Positions 1 to 10,566 of a stretch of DNA of 64,000 bases are shown here, one piece after another. Origin of the DNA: Spirochaetota bacterium. GTDB taxonomy: Bacteria; Spirochaetota; UBA4802; JAFGDQ01. Under the pieces are notes generated by a model, which ran no database searches, was not told the DNA's origin, and was given only the letters and a program-made list of their open reading frames with translations. Every line of letters begins with the position of its first letter. Position 1 is the first letter of the stretch. The translations under genes were made by a program, and so were the position numbers. The stretch lies in contig JAZDKB010000029.1 of assembly GCA_043803405.1 (NCBI GenBank), forward strand, positions 1 through 64,000, read 5' to 3'.

Positions 1-68
1 AAGTATAAATATATTTATCATAATATAAAGGTTTAATTGAAATAAATGCGAGGATTCAAATATAAAAA

Positions 69-788
69 TTGAAAAGATTGTTGAGTAATTTATTTATTGA
101 TAGAAAATTTCGACTACCTCGAATCTGGTCTAATACTGAATTAAAGAAATTTGCCCATATGTTTGCAGGTGACGTTGTAAATGTAAGTGGATGGGTTGAT
201 ATTGATAAAGAAGGAAGTCATTATAAAGATTATTTTTCTAATGCTAAAAGTTATACTGTTACAAATTATAAAAGTGAATTTTGTGGATATCAGGGATTAT
301 CAAATGAAATATTTCTTAACTTAGAAGAAGAATTACCAGACGAATTAATAAATAGATTTGATGTTGTTTTTAATCATACTGTTTTAGAACACATATTCGA
401 AATTGAAAAAGCTTTTAAAAATTTATGTTTATTGAGCAAAGATGTTGTAATACTAGTAGTTCCATTTTTACAGCAAATGCATACGAATTATGGAGACTAT
501 TTTAGATTTAGCCCATTATCAATCGAAAGAATGTTTGTTAAAAATAATATGCAATTACTTTATTTAAATTTTAACTCACATAAAAATTCTTCAGTATATA
601 TTTTTGCGATTGCCACTAAGCATCCTGAAAATTGGAAGAATTCAATTCCAACCGTTATAAAAAATATTGAAAGTAAAAAACCAGACGATAATTTTGATGC
701 CTATATAGGGTGTCATGCTATTCAGAATAGATTGTTTAGTTTAATGTTGAGAATTAAAAAAATATTTAAAATGCAATTGATAAATTAA
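69..788 (+). CDS. Class I SAM-dependent methyltransferase-like protein (polysaccharide locus)
   Basis: FDVVFNHTVLEH, VVPF and DYFRF motifs of Methyltransf_11-type proteins; shares DxDKEG..YK.YF with the next ORF. Confidence 0.7.
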   Translation: MKRLLSNLFIDRKFRLPRIWSNTELKKFAHMFAGDVVNVSGWVDIDKEGSHYKDYFSNAKSYTVTNYKSEFCGYQGLSNEIFLNLEEELPDELINRFDVVFNHTVLEHIFEIEKAFKNLCLLSKDVVILVVPFLQQMHTNYGDYFRFSPLSIERMFVKNNMQLLYLNFNSHKNSSVYIFAIATKHPENWKNSIPTVIKNIESKKPDDNFDAYIGCHAIQNRLFSLMLRIKKIFKMQLIN

Positions 789-828
789 AATAAAAGAAGC
801 GTAGCGTACGTAGGGGATATAAAAATCA

Positions 829-1419
829 ATGAATAATAATATACAAGTTTGTGGAGATCATAAAGTAAGTATTTTTCGAAAATTTCAAAATGATAATTTA
901 AAAAGTATATTATCAATTTATGAAAATATAAATTCTGTTTTAAATATAGGTGCACTTCCAAATGATGGAGATAAGGAAGGTAATTATTATAAAAATTATT
1001 TTAGCAGATGTGATTATTATACCTTGGATAAAAATAAAAATCAAGATGTACCAAAGCATTATAATTTTGATTTGCATGATTTATCAAAAATTAATAAAAA
1101 ATTTGATCTGGTTTTATTAATGAGTGTTTTGGAACATTTAGAGAATCCATTTATATGTTCAAAAGAAATTTATAATATTATCTCAACTAATGGATATTTG
1201 TATATTGCTGCTCCTTTTTTTTATCCAATACATAAAGAAAAAGCATATAGCGATTACTGGAGATTTACAGATGAAGGTATTCGTACTTTGTTTAAAGATT
1301 TAACTGAAATCTGGATAAGAAAAATGGATTCAGTAATTCTTTCAGTTGAAGATCGTAATAGATATTGGGATACAGATTCAACCCCAGCAGGGTATTGTGC
1401 ACTATTTAGAAAAGAATGA
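829..1419 (+). CDS. Class I SAM-dependent methyltransferase
   Basis: VLNIGA motif I, FDLVLLMSVLEHL, APFFYPIH, DYWRFT. Confidence 0.8.
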   Translation: MNNNIQVCGDHKVSIFRKFQNDNLKSILSIYENINSVLNIGALPNDGDKEGNYYKNYFSRCDYYTLDKNKNQDVPKHYNFDLHDLSKINKKFDLVLLMSVLEHLENPFICSKEIYNIISTNGYLYIAAPFFYPIHKEKAYSDYWRFTDEGIRTLFKDLTEIWIRKMDSVILSVEDRNRYWDTDSTPAGYCALFRKE

Positions 1420-1502
1420 TCGATTACTTGAATATTGTATTCTCAGGTAATAATAACATTATAATTATATAATCAAGTCGTAAATTTTAATGATTAAATA
1501 AT

Positions 1503-3875
1503 ATGAAAAAAAATAATCTTCTATGCATATTACGTACTCAGAATGAAAGGACTGAAAATTTAAGTCGTCTATTACTTGAGAACGAAGTTGGAAAAGAAAA
1601 TGTAATCGTTATTCATGAAGCCCCTTTTGCTCAAGCCGTTATAAGGTCTTTTGAGCTAGGGATTGACTCGGGATCAGAATGGACATTCTGTTTTGATGGG
1701 GATGTTTTAGTAGTTCCAGAAGCAATAAATAAGTGCATTGAAGATTTGGATCAAGTTTTACCGAAAGTATTTAAAATTCAACCAAGATTGATAAGTAAAA
1801 TACATGGTGCAAAAATTGCAGCAGGTTTTCATATTTATAGAACAAGTCTTTTAAATGAAGCATTGAAATATATTAAACCAGATATTAATTCATTGAGACC
1901 TGAAACATTTGTATTGAGGGAAATGATAAAAAATGGTTATTCTATTTCACATCTTGATAAAATTGTTGGTATACATGAATATGAACTATATTATTCAGAC
2001 ATTTATAGAAGAATGAGACTTCGTGGAACAAAAGGAGGGAAAGAGGAACTAGAATATTTGAGGAAAAGACTTATAAAAATGCAAGATATTGATCCAGACT
2101 TTCGAGTAGCTTTAAAAGGAATAGATGATTCATTATTAAAGCCTATCCATCAACACTCTATAAATAGTATAGATAGTATCGAGATTCAGTCTGTTTTAAA
2201 TGACCTTGGATTAAAAGAAAAAAGTAGAATATCAGATTCAATAAACGGTGACTTTGTAATTGATATTGTAAAGTCCTTTAGTCCAGATTCAGATGCATTG
2301 GCTTTTACACAAAAATTTGAATCTCTTAATTTCCCCAAAAAGGGTATAAAAATATTGCTTATTAGCTCTGCTTCTGTTGGTCCTCTATATATTAGTACAT
2401 TATTAAAAAATAATAATCACGAAGTGAAAAGATTGTATCAAGGTTATGAGGATTATTTGGGTGAACCAAGCGCTCCATTCAATCCTCCTTATAGAGAGGA
2501 AGAATTATTGGAGTATTCTCCTGATGTTATTGGTTTTTCAGTTGAATCCTCCACTTTTAAAAAAGCTGAGTTAATGGCCTCGAAGATAAAAAGAATTCTG
2601 CCAAATTGCTTTATCATATTTGGTGGAGCACATGCGACTGATTGTCCTGAGGAGATAATTAAGTACGAATCTATTGATGCAATATGTATTGGGGAAGGCG
2701 AATACCCAATGTTGGAAGTTTGTAATGAGTTAAATATTGGACGTTTTCCTTTGAAAGTAAAAAATATATGGATTAAACATAATGGAGAAATAATTCGAAA
2801 TGATCTTCGTCCTTACATACAAGATTTGGATACTATACCAATGGATAGGGATAATATTTGGTATGGAGGTTTATTTACGGGTAGAGGCTGTGTTGGAAGA
2901 TGTTCTTTCTGTAATATTCCCGCGTTTAGAAAACATGGGCCAAAGGGTAAGTTTTTTCGGAAACTAACAATTGAATCAGCGATGAAGGAAGTTGAAATTG
3001 TTTACAGAGGAACAATTGAAAAAGTTCTTTCTGTTAAACAAACACCATTACTTTATAAAGTTTTGTCAAAAATATTTAGCTCTTCAATTTTAAGTAAATT
3101 CTACAATACTTCGATTTGGGTTCTTCCACAAGGAACATATAGGAGAGAAAAAGAATATGAATCGGTGATAGATAAGATAAAAGGAAGAACGAAATGGATA
3201 GATCCAGTAAGATTTAAAGATGATACATTTTTAGCAGATAAAAAATGGTTTTTAGAGTTTGCAAAAAGGTTAAACGATAAATTTCCTAATATGAAGTATA
3301 TTTGTCAGGCAAGAGCAAATGAAATTGATGAAGAGGTTGCTCTTTGGTTATCAAGAAGTGGTTGCGTTCGAGTTTCATTAGGATTTGAAACAGGTAATGA
3401 AAAGTTAAGGAATGAGGTAATTAAAAAAAATATTAAAGACAGTCAAATATACTTTGCCTGTGAATTGCTTCGTAAAAATAATATAGAGATAATGGGGCAA
3501 TGGATGTATGGTTTGCCAGATGAAAGATTAGAAGATACAATTAAAACATTAATTATGTCTACTGAAATAGGAGATATTTCTCAGTTACATTTTACAAGTC
3601 CGTTACCGAATACTGAATTATATAATTTAGCAGCCCAAAAAGGTCTAATAGACTATAAACATGAAAATAAAGGATTGTATAGTTATGATTTAATATTTCA
3701 TAATGAAATTGAAAGACTACATATATTATTGATTTCTCTTTTGCATGTATTGAAGGACGTTAGAATTCCAGTTGATTATAAATACATACGATACTTGGGC
3801 TCTGATAATAATTGGCGTGGAAAAACGATTGGTGAGGTATTTTCAATTGAACTTAAGTCGAAGATAAAATATTAA
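1503..3875 (+). CDS. Fusion: GT-A-like N-terminal domain + cobalamin-binding radical SAM enzyme
   Basis: N-terminal CFDGDV (DxD-like); B12-binding region PDVIGFS...IIFGGAHAT...IGEGE; CxxxCxxC in GRGCVGRCSFC; GFETG, YGLPDE. Confidence 0.8.
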   Translation: MKKNNLLCILRTQNERTENLSRLLLENEVGKENVIVIHEAPFAQAVIRSFELGIDSGSEWTFCFDGDVLVVPEAINKCIEDLDQVLPKVFKIQPRLISKIHGAKIAAGFHIYRTSLLNEALKYIKPDINSLRPETFVLREMIKNGYSISHLDKIVGIHEYELYYSDIYRRMRLRGTKGGKEELEYLRKRLIKMQDIDPDFRVALKGIDDSLLKPIHQHSINSIDSIEIQSVLNDLGLKEKSRISDSINGDFVIDIVKSFSPDSDALAFTQKFESLNFPKKGIKILLISSASVGPLYISTLLKNNNHEVKRLYQGYEDYLGEPSAPFNPPYREEELLEYSPDVIGFSVESSTFKKAELMASKIKRILPNCFIIFGGAHATDCPEEIIKYESIDAICIGEGEYPMLEVCNELNIGRFPLKVKNIWIKHNGEIIRNDLRPYIQDLDTIPMDRDNIWYGGLFTGRGCVGRCSFCNIPAFRKHGPKGKFFRKLTIESAMKEVEIVYRGTIEKVLSVKQTPLLYKVLSKIFSSSILSKFYNTSIWVLPQGTYRREKEYESVIDKIKGRTKWIDPVRFKDDTFLADKKWFLEFAKRLNDKFPNMKYICQARANEIDEEVALWLSRSGCVRVSLGFETGNEKLRNEVIKKNIKDSQIYFACELLRKNNIEIMGQWMYGLPDERLEDTIKTLIMSTEIGDISQLHFTSPLPNTELYNLAAQKGLIDYKHENKGLYSYDLIFHNEIERLHILLISLLHVLKDVRIPVDYKYIRYLGSDNNWRGKTIGEVFSIELKSKIKY

Positions 3876-3989
3876 GTGCATTTAGGAAAAATGTAATTAA
3901 ACGATTGAAGGCGCGTCACCAGAAAAAATACAACCGGTCATTATATAGAAAGTATGAATTATCGATTGTGGAAAAAAATTTAACAAATA

Positions 3990-4988
3990 ATGAAAATTAG
4001 CTTTATGTCTAAGAAGAGGATCGGTTTTGTTATTGAAAATCAACTTCCTTATTATGAAGCAACAGCTTCAACAAGATTGCGATGCTATGATATAATTAAA
4101 TTTTTAAATAAACATGGATATCTTGCTGAAATTTATACTTCTTCTTTAAAATATGATATTGTCATTTTTCAAAAATGCTTTAGAAAAAACCATATTGATT
4201 TAGCTGCCTCTTTAAAAGAGTCAGGTGTAATAGTTATATTAGATATTAATATTAATATTATCGAATTAGATGGCACAGTTGGTATCTTTAATGAGATTCA
4301 GGAAGCCGATCGAATAAATCAAAATGATGATATAAAAAAGATGATCAGGATTGTTGATCATATTCTTGTTTCTAGTCCTTCTCTTCTTAATATTTATTCT
4401 AAATATCATAAATCGGTTTTTTGTATAGAAGAAAATGTTACTGATGATTTCTTTAAATTTAATAAAAAGCACATAGCTGACAAACATATTAATATTTTAT
4501 ATCAAGGATATAGTATTAAGGCTGTTGAGGTATTATTGATTAAAGAAGTGCTATTAGAATTACGAAATGAATATGATATACAGCTATTGTTCATAACCGA
4601 TCTAGACCCTAAGATAGAGATAATTCCTTATAAATTCATAAAGTATAATCAAAAAATATTACCACAACTTTTATTAAATGCTGATATTAAAATTGCTCCT
4701 AGAAAACTTGATAATAGTTATAATTTAGGGCATTCGTTTAATAAAGTTGCTTATCCTATGTCTGTTGGAATTCCTGCGGTTGCATCTCCTGTACCTTCTT
4801 ATTTAAATAGAGAAGTAATTATTTGTTATAACAATGAAGATTGGTATAAGACACTAAAAAGTTTAATTTTTGATAGTAAATTAAGAAGTTATATTGGAAT
4901 GATAAGTAGAAATTTTGTGAAAACTAATTTTTCATCAAAAAAAATAGGTATGGAATATATCACATTTATTAAATTTATTATGGAATGA
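3990..4988 (+). CDS. Glycosyltransferase (GT-B fold)
   Basis: ASTRLR, IVIFQK, DIKIAP...KVAYPMSVGIPAVASP. Confidence 0.7.
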   Translation: MKISFMSKKRIGFVIENQLPYYEATASTRLRCYDIIKFLNKHGYLAEIYTSSLKYDIVIFQKCFRKNHIDLAASLKESGVIVILDININIIELDGTVGIFNEIQEADRINQNDDIKKMIRIVDHILVSSPSLLNIYSKYHKSVFCIEENVTDDFFKFNKKHIADKHINILYQGYSIKAVEVLLIKEVLLELRNEYDIQLLFITDLDPKIEIIPYKFIKYNQKILPQLLLNADIKIAPRKLDNSYNLGHSFNKVAYPMSVGIPAVASPVPSYLNREVIICYNNEDWYKTLKSLIFDSKLRSYIGMISRNFVKTNFSSKKIGMEYITFIKFIME

Positions 4989-5989
4989 AAAGAAATCATA
5001 TTAGTATGCGATTATACATTAATTATGAAACAACCGATGAACCATGGGGAGGAATAAATTCTTTTATTCGTAGCTTCAAGGAATATGTCTATAGTAATAG
5101 AAAAGATATTGAGCTTTTGCCTGACATGGATGCGAAAACAGATTTATTTTTCATGTCAGCGTCTTATTATGCTCCTGGAAAAGAAATAAGTACTGATTAT
5201 ATTAAACAAATTATTAAAAATAGAAAAAAAATATATAATAAAATTTTTAAAAAAAATCAAATAAAAATTATCCATAGATTAGATGGATTACGAGCCATAT
5301 ATAATGGTGAGTTTATTCCTAATGACCAGTTGCAAATTGATTTATCTCATTTAGCAGATAGAATTATTTTCCAAAGTAAATTCAGTCTGGAAAATTTTCA
5401 AAAATATGGGGAATACAATAAATATACAATAATTAATAATGGCGTAAATCAGGATATTTTTAATTCAAATGGAAAACAGTTTTATAAAAACGGGAAATTA
5501 AAAATTCTTTCCTCAAGCTGGTCAACTTCCTTAAATAAAGGATTTCAGACGATTGCAGATTTTTCTGAAAATCCGGAAATCGAAAGTATTTTTGTCGGGA
5601 GATGGAATGAAACGATAGGTAAAAAAAATGTTAAGATTATTCCCCCATCTAATAGATATGAACTTGCAAAATTATATAAAGAAGCAGATGTATTCCTCTT
5701 CCCGGCTAAAAATGATCCGTGTCCAAATGTTGTTTTAGAAGCCATGTCTTGTGGTCTTCCGGTTATTTATAATAATTCAGGCGGCACACCGGAGCTTGCA
5801 TCAAGTTACGGGATTCCACTGCCTCAAGAAATAAATACTGATTCAATAGATCATCTAATTGAATCTATAAAAAAGAAATACGATGAAATAGTACCAAAGA
5901 TATTGAATGATAATAAAAGGTTTTCTATCGCAACAATAGCTGAAAGGTATTTAGATTATTTTAGGAAGGTTCTAAAAAATGAAAATTGA
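4985..5989 (+). CDS. Glycosyltransferase family 4
   Basis: ADVFLFP...DPCPNVVLEAMSCGLPV. Confidence 0.9.
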   Translation: MKRNHISMRLYINYETTDEPWGGINSFIRSFKEYVYSNRKDIELLPDMDAKTDLFFMSASYYAPGKEISTDYIKQIIKNRKKIYNKIFKKNQIKIIHRLDGLRAIYNGEFIPNDQLQIDLSHLADRIIFQSKFSLENFQKYGEYNKYTIINNGVNQDIFNSNGKQFYKNGKLKILSSSWSTSLNKGFQTIADFSENPEIESIFVGRWNETIGKKNVKIIPPSNRYELAKLYKEADVFLFPAKNDPCPNVVLEAMSCGLPVIYNNSGGTPELASSYGIPLPQEINTDSIDHLIESIKKKYDEIVPKILNDNKRFSIATIAERYLDYFRKVLKNEN

Positions 5990-7073
5990 GGTGTCGTGGG
6001 TAAAGGATATTAAACCGGCAATTAAAATTTTTTTAAATAAAATGTCTAATAATGATTATTCATACTTCAAATATTCATATTCGGGAGATTTATTTGATAT
6101 TTCTGAAAGATGGGGACTTGGTAATATTGTTTTTGCAACAAAAATATTATTTATAACTGGTTTGTTGGATGAACTGGAAAGTGTTTATGTTAATAATTTA
6201 TATAAAGGTATTATTAAATTTTCTGATTTTAATGGATATATCCATGATCCTAAAGTTACGTACTTGCCACTAAAAGATAAAATATACAACTATATTCAAA
6301 GAACAGATATGAATAACAACAAAGATATTGAAAATACAATGCGTGCTGAAACTCGGCAGTCATTTGTAGCATTATCTTTGCTTAATAAACGGCCACAAAA
6401 GGCATTCCGGTTTATTCCATATTCCGAGAATGGCATTGAGGATTATTTATCATCATTTAACTGGCAATTCCCTTGGCATGCCGGCAGTCATTTCAGTCAT
6501 CTCCTTTTTTTTCTAAATATGAACTCAAAATTATTTCACTATAAACAGGAAGAGTATAAAACATTAATTGCTTTTTCCTGCAACTGGATTTCAAAACTTC
6601 AGTCAAAAGATAATGGCTGTTGGTATTCTGGAGACAATACATCCCTAAGTGAGAAGATAAACGGCGCATTAAAGGTTCTAACAGGTTTGCACGCAGCCGA
6701 TATATATGATTTTCCTTATCCGGAAAAATTAATTGATACTGCTTTAGCAGGAATAAATGATTCAGAAGCATGCAGTAATTTTAATATATCATATGTACTA
6801 TATAGTGCAAATAAAATATGCCCAAAGTACAGGAAAACAGAGATAGAAGACTTTTTATTAAATCGGGTAAACATTTATAAAGACTTTTATTTTCCAGAGT
6901 ATGGTGGCTTTTCATTTCATATTGGTAAAGCAAATGATGTTTATTATGGCAGAAAAATAACTAAAGGTAAACCAGAACCGGATATTCATGGCACCGCAAT
7001 GTTTGTTTTGGGACTGGCGATAATTAATAGTGTAATTAATTTAGGACTTGAATGGAAAGTCCCGCTAAATTGA
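5979..7073 (+). CDS. Hypothetical protein, possibly (alpha/alpha)-toroid / prenyltransferase-repeat-like
   Basis: Long ORF overlapping the upstream GT stop; QSKDNGCW and YGGFSF segments resemble QW-like repeats; function not recognised. Confidence 0.5.
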   Translation: MKIEVSWVKDIKPAIKIFLNKMSNNDYSYFKYSYSGDLFDISERWGLGNIVFATKILFITGLLDELESVYVNNLYKGIIKFSDFNGYIHDPKVTYLPLKDKIYNYIQRTDMNNNKDIENTMRAETRQSFVALSLLNKRPQKAFRFIPYSENGIEDYLSSFNWQFPWHAGSHFSHLLFFLNMNSKLFHYKQEEYKTLIAFSCNWISKLQSKDNGCWYSGDNTSLSEKINGALKVLTGLHAADIYDFPYPEKLIDTALAGINDSEACSNFNISYVLYSANKICPKYRKTEIEDFLLNRVNIYKDFYFPEYGGFSFHIGKANDVYYGRKITKGKPEPDIHGTAMFVLGLAIINSVINLGLEWKVPLN

Positions 7074-7080
7074 ATAAATA

Positions 7081-7686
7081 ATGAATATTTTTTATACATA
7101 TTCAGATAATTCATTTTTATCTGTAATCACAAAACTAAGTAAATATGATATATGCATCGATTGCGGAGCCAACGTCGGTCACGTAACAGAACAGATGGCT
7201 CAAAATGGTGCAACAATATATTCATTTGAACCGAATCCTTTTGCCTTTGAAGAATTGAAGAAAAAGTTTAACGGTATACAGAACATTCATATTTTTAATA
7301 AAGGTGTTTGGGATAGAAACACCAAAATGAAATTATACATGCATGAAAATTCAGATGAAGATGAAGTAAAGTGGTCTGTAGGTTCTTCAATACTCGAATA
7401 TAAGGGAAATGTATTAAAAAATAAATATGTTGAGGTTGAAATAATTGATCTAGTTGACTTTATTAACAAGTTAGATAAAAAAGTTGCTATTTTAAAAATC
7501 GACATTGAAGGGGCGGAATGCGAATTACTCGGAAAATTAATTAATTCCAGAACCTATAAAAAAATTAAATATATTTTTGTTGAAACTCACGACCATAAAA
7601 TTCCGGAATTAAAAGAAAGAACCGATAATATTCGAAATATTATTAAACAAAGGAAAATTAATAATATTGATCTTAACTGGATTTAA
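7081..7686 (+). CDS. FkbM family methyltransferase
   Basis: IDCGANVG, SFEPNP, LKIDIEGAE. Confidence 0.92.
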   Translation: MNIFYTYSDNSFLSVITKLSKYDICIDCGANVGHVTEQMAQNGATIYSFEPNPFAFEELKKKFNGIQNIHIFNKGVWDRNTKMKLYMHENSDEDEVKWSVGSSILEYKGNVLKNKYVEVEIIDLVDFINKLDKKVAILKIDIEGAECELLGKLINSRTYKKIKYIFVETHDHKIPELKERTDNIRNIIKQRKINNIDLNWI

Positions 7687-7692
7687 ACCTTA

Positions 7693-9501
7693 ATGTCTAT
7701 AAACAACCTATATATCCCATTCCCATCCTCGTCTTCCATCGGCGGCCCTTCGACTTTCATGCATAACCTGAAGCAATTTCTGGACAATAACAAAATAAAA
7801 TATCTATCTTCACCAGAAAATGCTTCCGCGATTTTTTTCCCGATACAATATGATGAAAATGTAATAAAAGAAATTAAGAATAGAAACGGGAAAGTGATCC
7901 AGAGACTTGACGGCATATATTATCCTTCTAAACATGGGGATAAATATATTGAATTAAATAGTGAACTAAAAAAAATATATTTGAATTACTCAGACTATGT
8001 TATTTTCCAAAGTAAATACAGCAAGCAGCAATGCTATGCAATGCTGGGAGAAAAAACTGATAATCAATACAACATAATTCTTAATGGAGTTGATAAGAAA
8101 ATATTCCATCCATTAGATAATAATTTACCAGTGAAAATTGATAGAAGTATTAAATTTGTTACTACTGGTAATTTTAGAAATATAGACATGTTGGAACCAA
8201 TTATTAATGCATTAGATTATTTAAATGGAAAAATTGATTTTAAATTATCCATTGTGGGTCCGATTGTAAATGTTGATATTAATAATTATTTAGATAGAGA
8301 CTATATTATTTATTGTGGAAATAAGGATTTAAAAGGAGTAGCGAATATATTAAACGATAGTAATATTTTTATATATTCTCATCTAAACCCTCCTTGTCCC
8401 AACTCAGTTTTGGAAGCAATATCCTGCGGTCTCCCGGTTGTGGGTTTTAACAGCGGCGCCATGAGTGAACTTTGCTGGTTTTCCAAAGATCTGCTGGCAC
8501 CTGTTTCTGATGAAATTTTCCAAAGATATGAGGACTTCGACTATAAAAAACTAGCGGAAAAAATAATGTTAGCAGTTGAAAATTATGACAAATATAAAAA
8601 GATTGCCATGGATCATACACACCTTTATTCTTTTGAGGAATGTGGCAATAGCTATATTAATGTTTTTAATAATCTGTTAATGAATGGAACTGAGACATAT
8701 AAGGAAAAGCCGGCTAAATTCAATTTGGCAAAAAAATTATTTAATAAAATTACTAAAAAAAATAAATTAAGTTCAATAAATAATCCTGATATAGTAAAAA
8801 AAAGCTCTAATGATGTAGTTGATTATCTGCTTGATATTATTAGAAAAAAATCAGATATTCTTTCTCCTCCTGAATCATTGTGTTTTCTTTTTGATATCGA
8901 TAATAAATTATATGACCTTGAAGGACGTGCTTCCATAAGATATGGAGACGGTATTCATACAAAGCACAAGCATATCAAATACCATGATTTTTTTATTGAA
9001 AATACACCCGCAGGCAGCAAGGTGCTCGATATCGGTTGCGGAAACGGCGCATTGGCCTATGACATTGCTACTCATGTCCTGAAAGTTACAGTATATGGGA
9101 TCGATCTTAACCAGGATAATATTAGCGTTGCGAAAAATCGATTCATGAATGAAAATATTGTTTACGTGTGCGGTGACGCCTTAAAAGATCTCCCGAACGA
9201 TATTTTTGATGTTATTGTTTTATCGAATGTTCTCGAACATCTCGAAAACCGGGTTGAGTTTTTAAATGAAATAAAAACACGATATAATCCCAATAAATTT
9301 TTAATCAGGATCCCAATATTCGAGCGGGATTGGCGTGTGCCATTAAAGCGTGAACTTGGGATCGATTATCGATTGGATTCAACTCATTGTATCGAATACT
9401 CGCAAGATGAATTTTTTAACGAAATCGCACAGGCTGGCTTGCAGGTGGAAAGTTATAAGATCAACTGGGGAGAAATCTGGGCAGTTGTTGTAAAGAAATG
9501 A
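7693..9501 (+). CDS. Fusion: GT4 glycosyltransferase + class I SAM methyltransferase
   Basis: PCPNSVLEAISCGLPV, then VLDIGCGNG and FDVIVLSNVLEHL. Confidence 0.85.
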   Translation: MSINNLYIPFPSSSSIGGPSTFMHNLKQFLDNNKIKYLSSPENASAIFFPIQYDENVIKEIKNRNGKVIQRLDGIYYPSKHGDKYIELNSELKKIYLNYSDYVIFQSKYSKQQCYAMLGEKTDNQYNIILNGVDKKIFHPLDNNLPVKIDRSIKFVTTGNFRNIDMLEPIINALDYLNGKIDFKLSIVGPIVNVDINNYLDRDYIIYCGNKDLKGVANILNDSNIFIYSHLNPPCPNSVLEAISCGLPVVGFNSGAMSELCWFSKDLLAPVSDEIFQRYEDFDYKKLAEKIMLAVENYDKYKKIAMDHTHLYSFEECGNSYINVFNNLLMNGTETYKEKPAKFNLAKKLFNKITKKNKLSSINNPDIVKKSSNDVVDYLLDIIRKKSDILSPPESLCFLFDIDNKLYDLEGRASIRYGDGIHTKHKHIKYHDFFIENTPAGSKVLDIGCGNGALAYDIATHVLKVTVYGIDLNQDNISVAKNRFMNENIVYVCGDALKDLPNDIFDVIVLSNVLEHLENRVEFLNEIKTRYNPNKFLIRIPIFERDWRVPLKRELGIDYRLDSTHCIEYSQDEFFNEIAQAGLQVESYKINWGEIWAVVVKK

Positions 9502-9531
9502 TTATGTTTTTAAAAGTGTTAATTACTTTTT

Positions 9532-10566
9532 TTGTTTTATTTTGTAAAAGGAAAAAAATTTAATATTTGTATGTGTCCAATAATAAAAAGCGGTTATGAT
9601 GTTAATCCTAAAGTAACTGTTCTCATGTCTGTGTATAATGGAGATAGATATTTACGTGAAGCAATAGAGAGCATTCTAAGCCAGACCTTTACTGATTTTG
9701 AATTTTTAATAGTAAATGATGGAAGCACAGACTCATCAAAAGATATTATTCTAACATATAACGATTCAAGAATACGTTTAATTGATAATGGGCATAATCT
9801 TGGCTTGACTGCATCTTTGAATCATGGCCTCGATCTGGCAAAAGGGGAATACATTGCGCGGATGGATGCAGACGACATAAGCCTTCCAGAAAGGTTGGAA
9901 AAACAAGTAGCATTCATGGATGCAAATAATAATATTGCAGTATGTGGAACATGTGCAGAAATAATAAATGATAAAAAGGAAAGAGTTGGTGAGTTTACAA
10001 ATCCGGAGTTGCCGGATAATATAAAGACTGCATTGTTTTTTTTTAATCCCATTGCGCATCCAACTGTTTTAATGAGGAAAAATATAATAATTAAAGCTGG
10101 AAAATATAATACTGAATATTTAAGAACTCAGGATTATGAACTCTGGATCAGGCTTTTTTTAAGCGGGCATGAATTTTATAATTTACAGGAAAGACTAATT
10201 ATATATCGCAATCATGAAAACAATATCACAAACTCAGACTTGAATAATCAATTATTTTATGCTGAAAAAAGTTTGCAATATTTATACAAAACATACCTTA
10301 ATCAAAATAATTTTTCTTTTATTAAAATATTTATTCAATCACTGACTAGTCAGAGCATAAGTATAAGTATATGTATGTTCTTTAAATTTTTATTCTTATT
10401 AAGAAAATTAAAAGTACGTTTACAAATAGATGAAAAAATACATAATTTTTTATGGTTTAATCAGATTGTTGAGGTAATTATAAATAAAATAAAAAATGCA
10501 GAAGACAGTAATACTAGAAGATATTTAATGGATAGAATAATAATGGTTATAGGATTATACAGATGA
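9532..10566 (+). CDS. Glycosyltransferase family 2
   Basis: VTVLMSVYN, IVNDGSTD, ARMDADD, QDYELW; true start may be slightly downstream. Confidence 0.92.
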   Translation: MFYFVKGKKFNICMCPIIKSGYDVNPKVTVLMSVYNGDRYLREAIESILSQTFTDFEFLIVNDGSTDSSKDIILTYNDSRIRLIDNGHNLGLTASLNHGLDLAKGEYIARMDADDISLPERLEKQVAFMDANNNIAVCGTCAEIINDKKERVGEFTNPELPDNIKTALFFFNPIAHPTVLMRKNIIIKAGKYNTEYLRTQDYELWIRLFLSGHEFYNLQERLIIYRNHENNITNSDLNNQLFYAEKSLQYLYKTYLNQNNFSFIKIFIQSLTSQSISISICMFFKFLFLLRKLKVRLQIDEKIHNFLWFNQIVEVIINKIKNAEDSNTRRYLMDRIIMVIGLYR

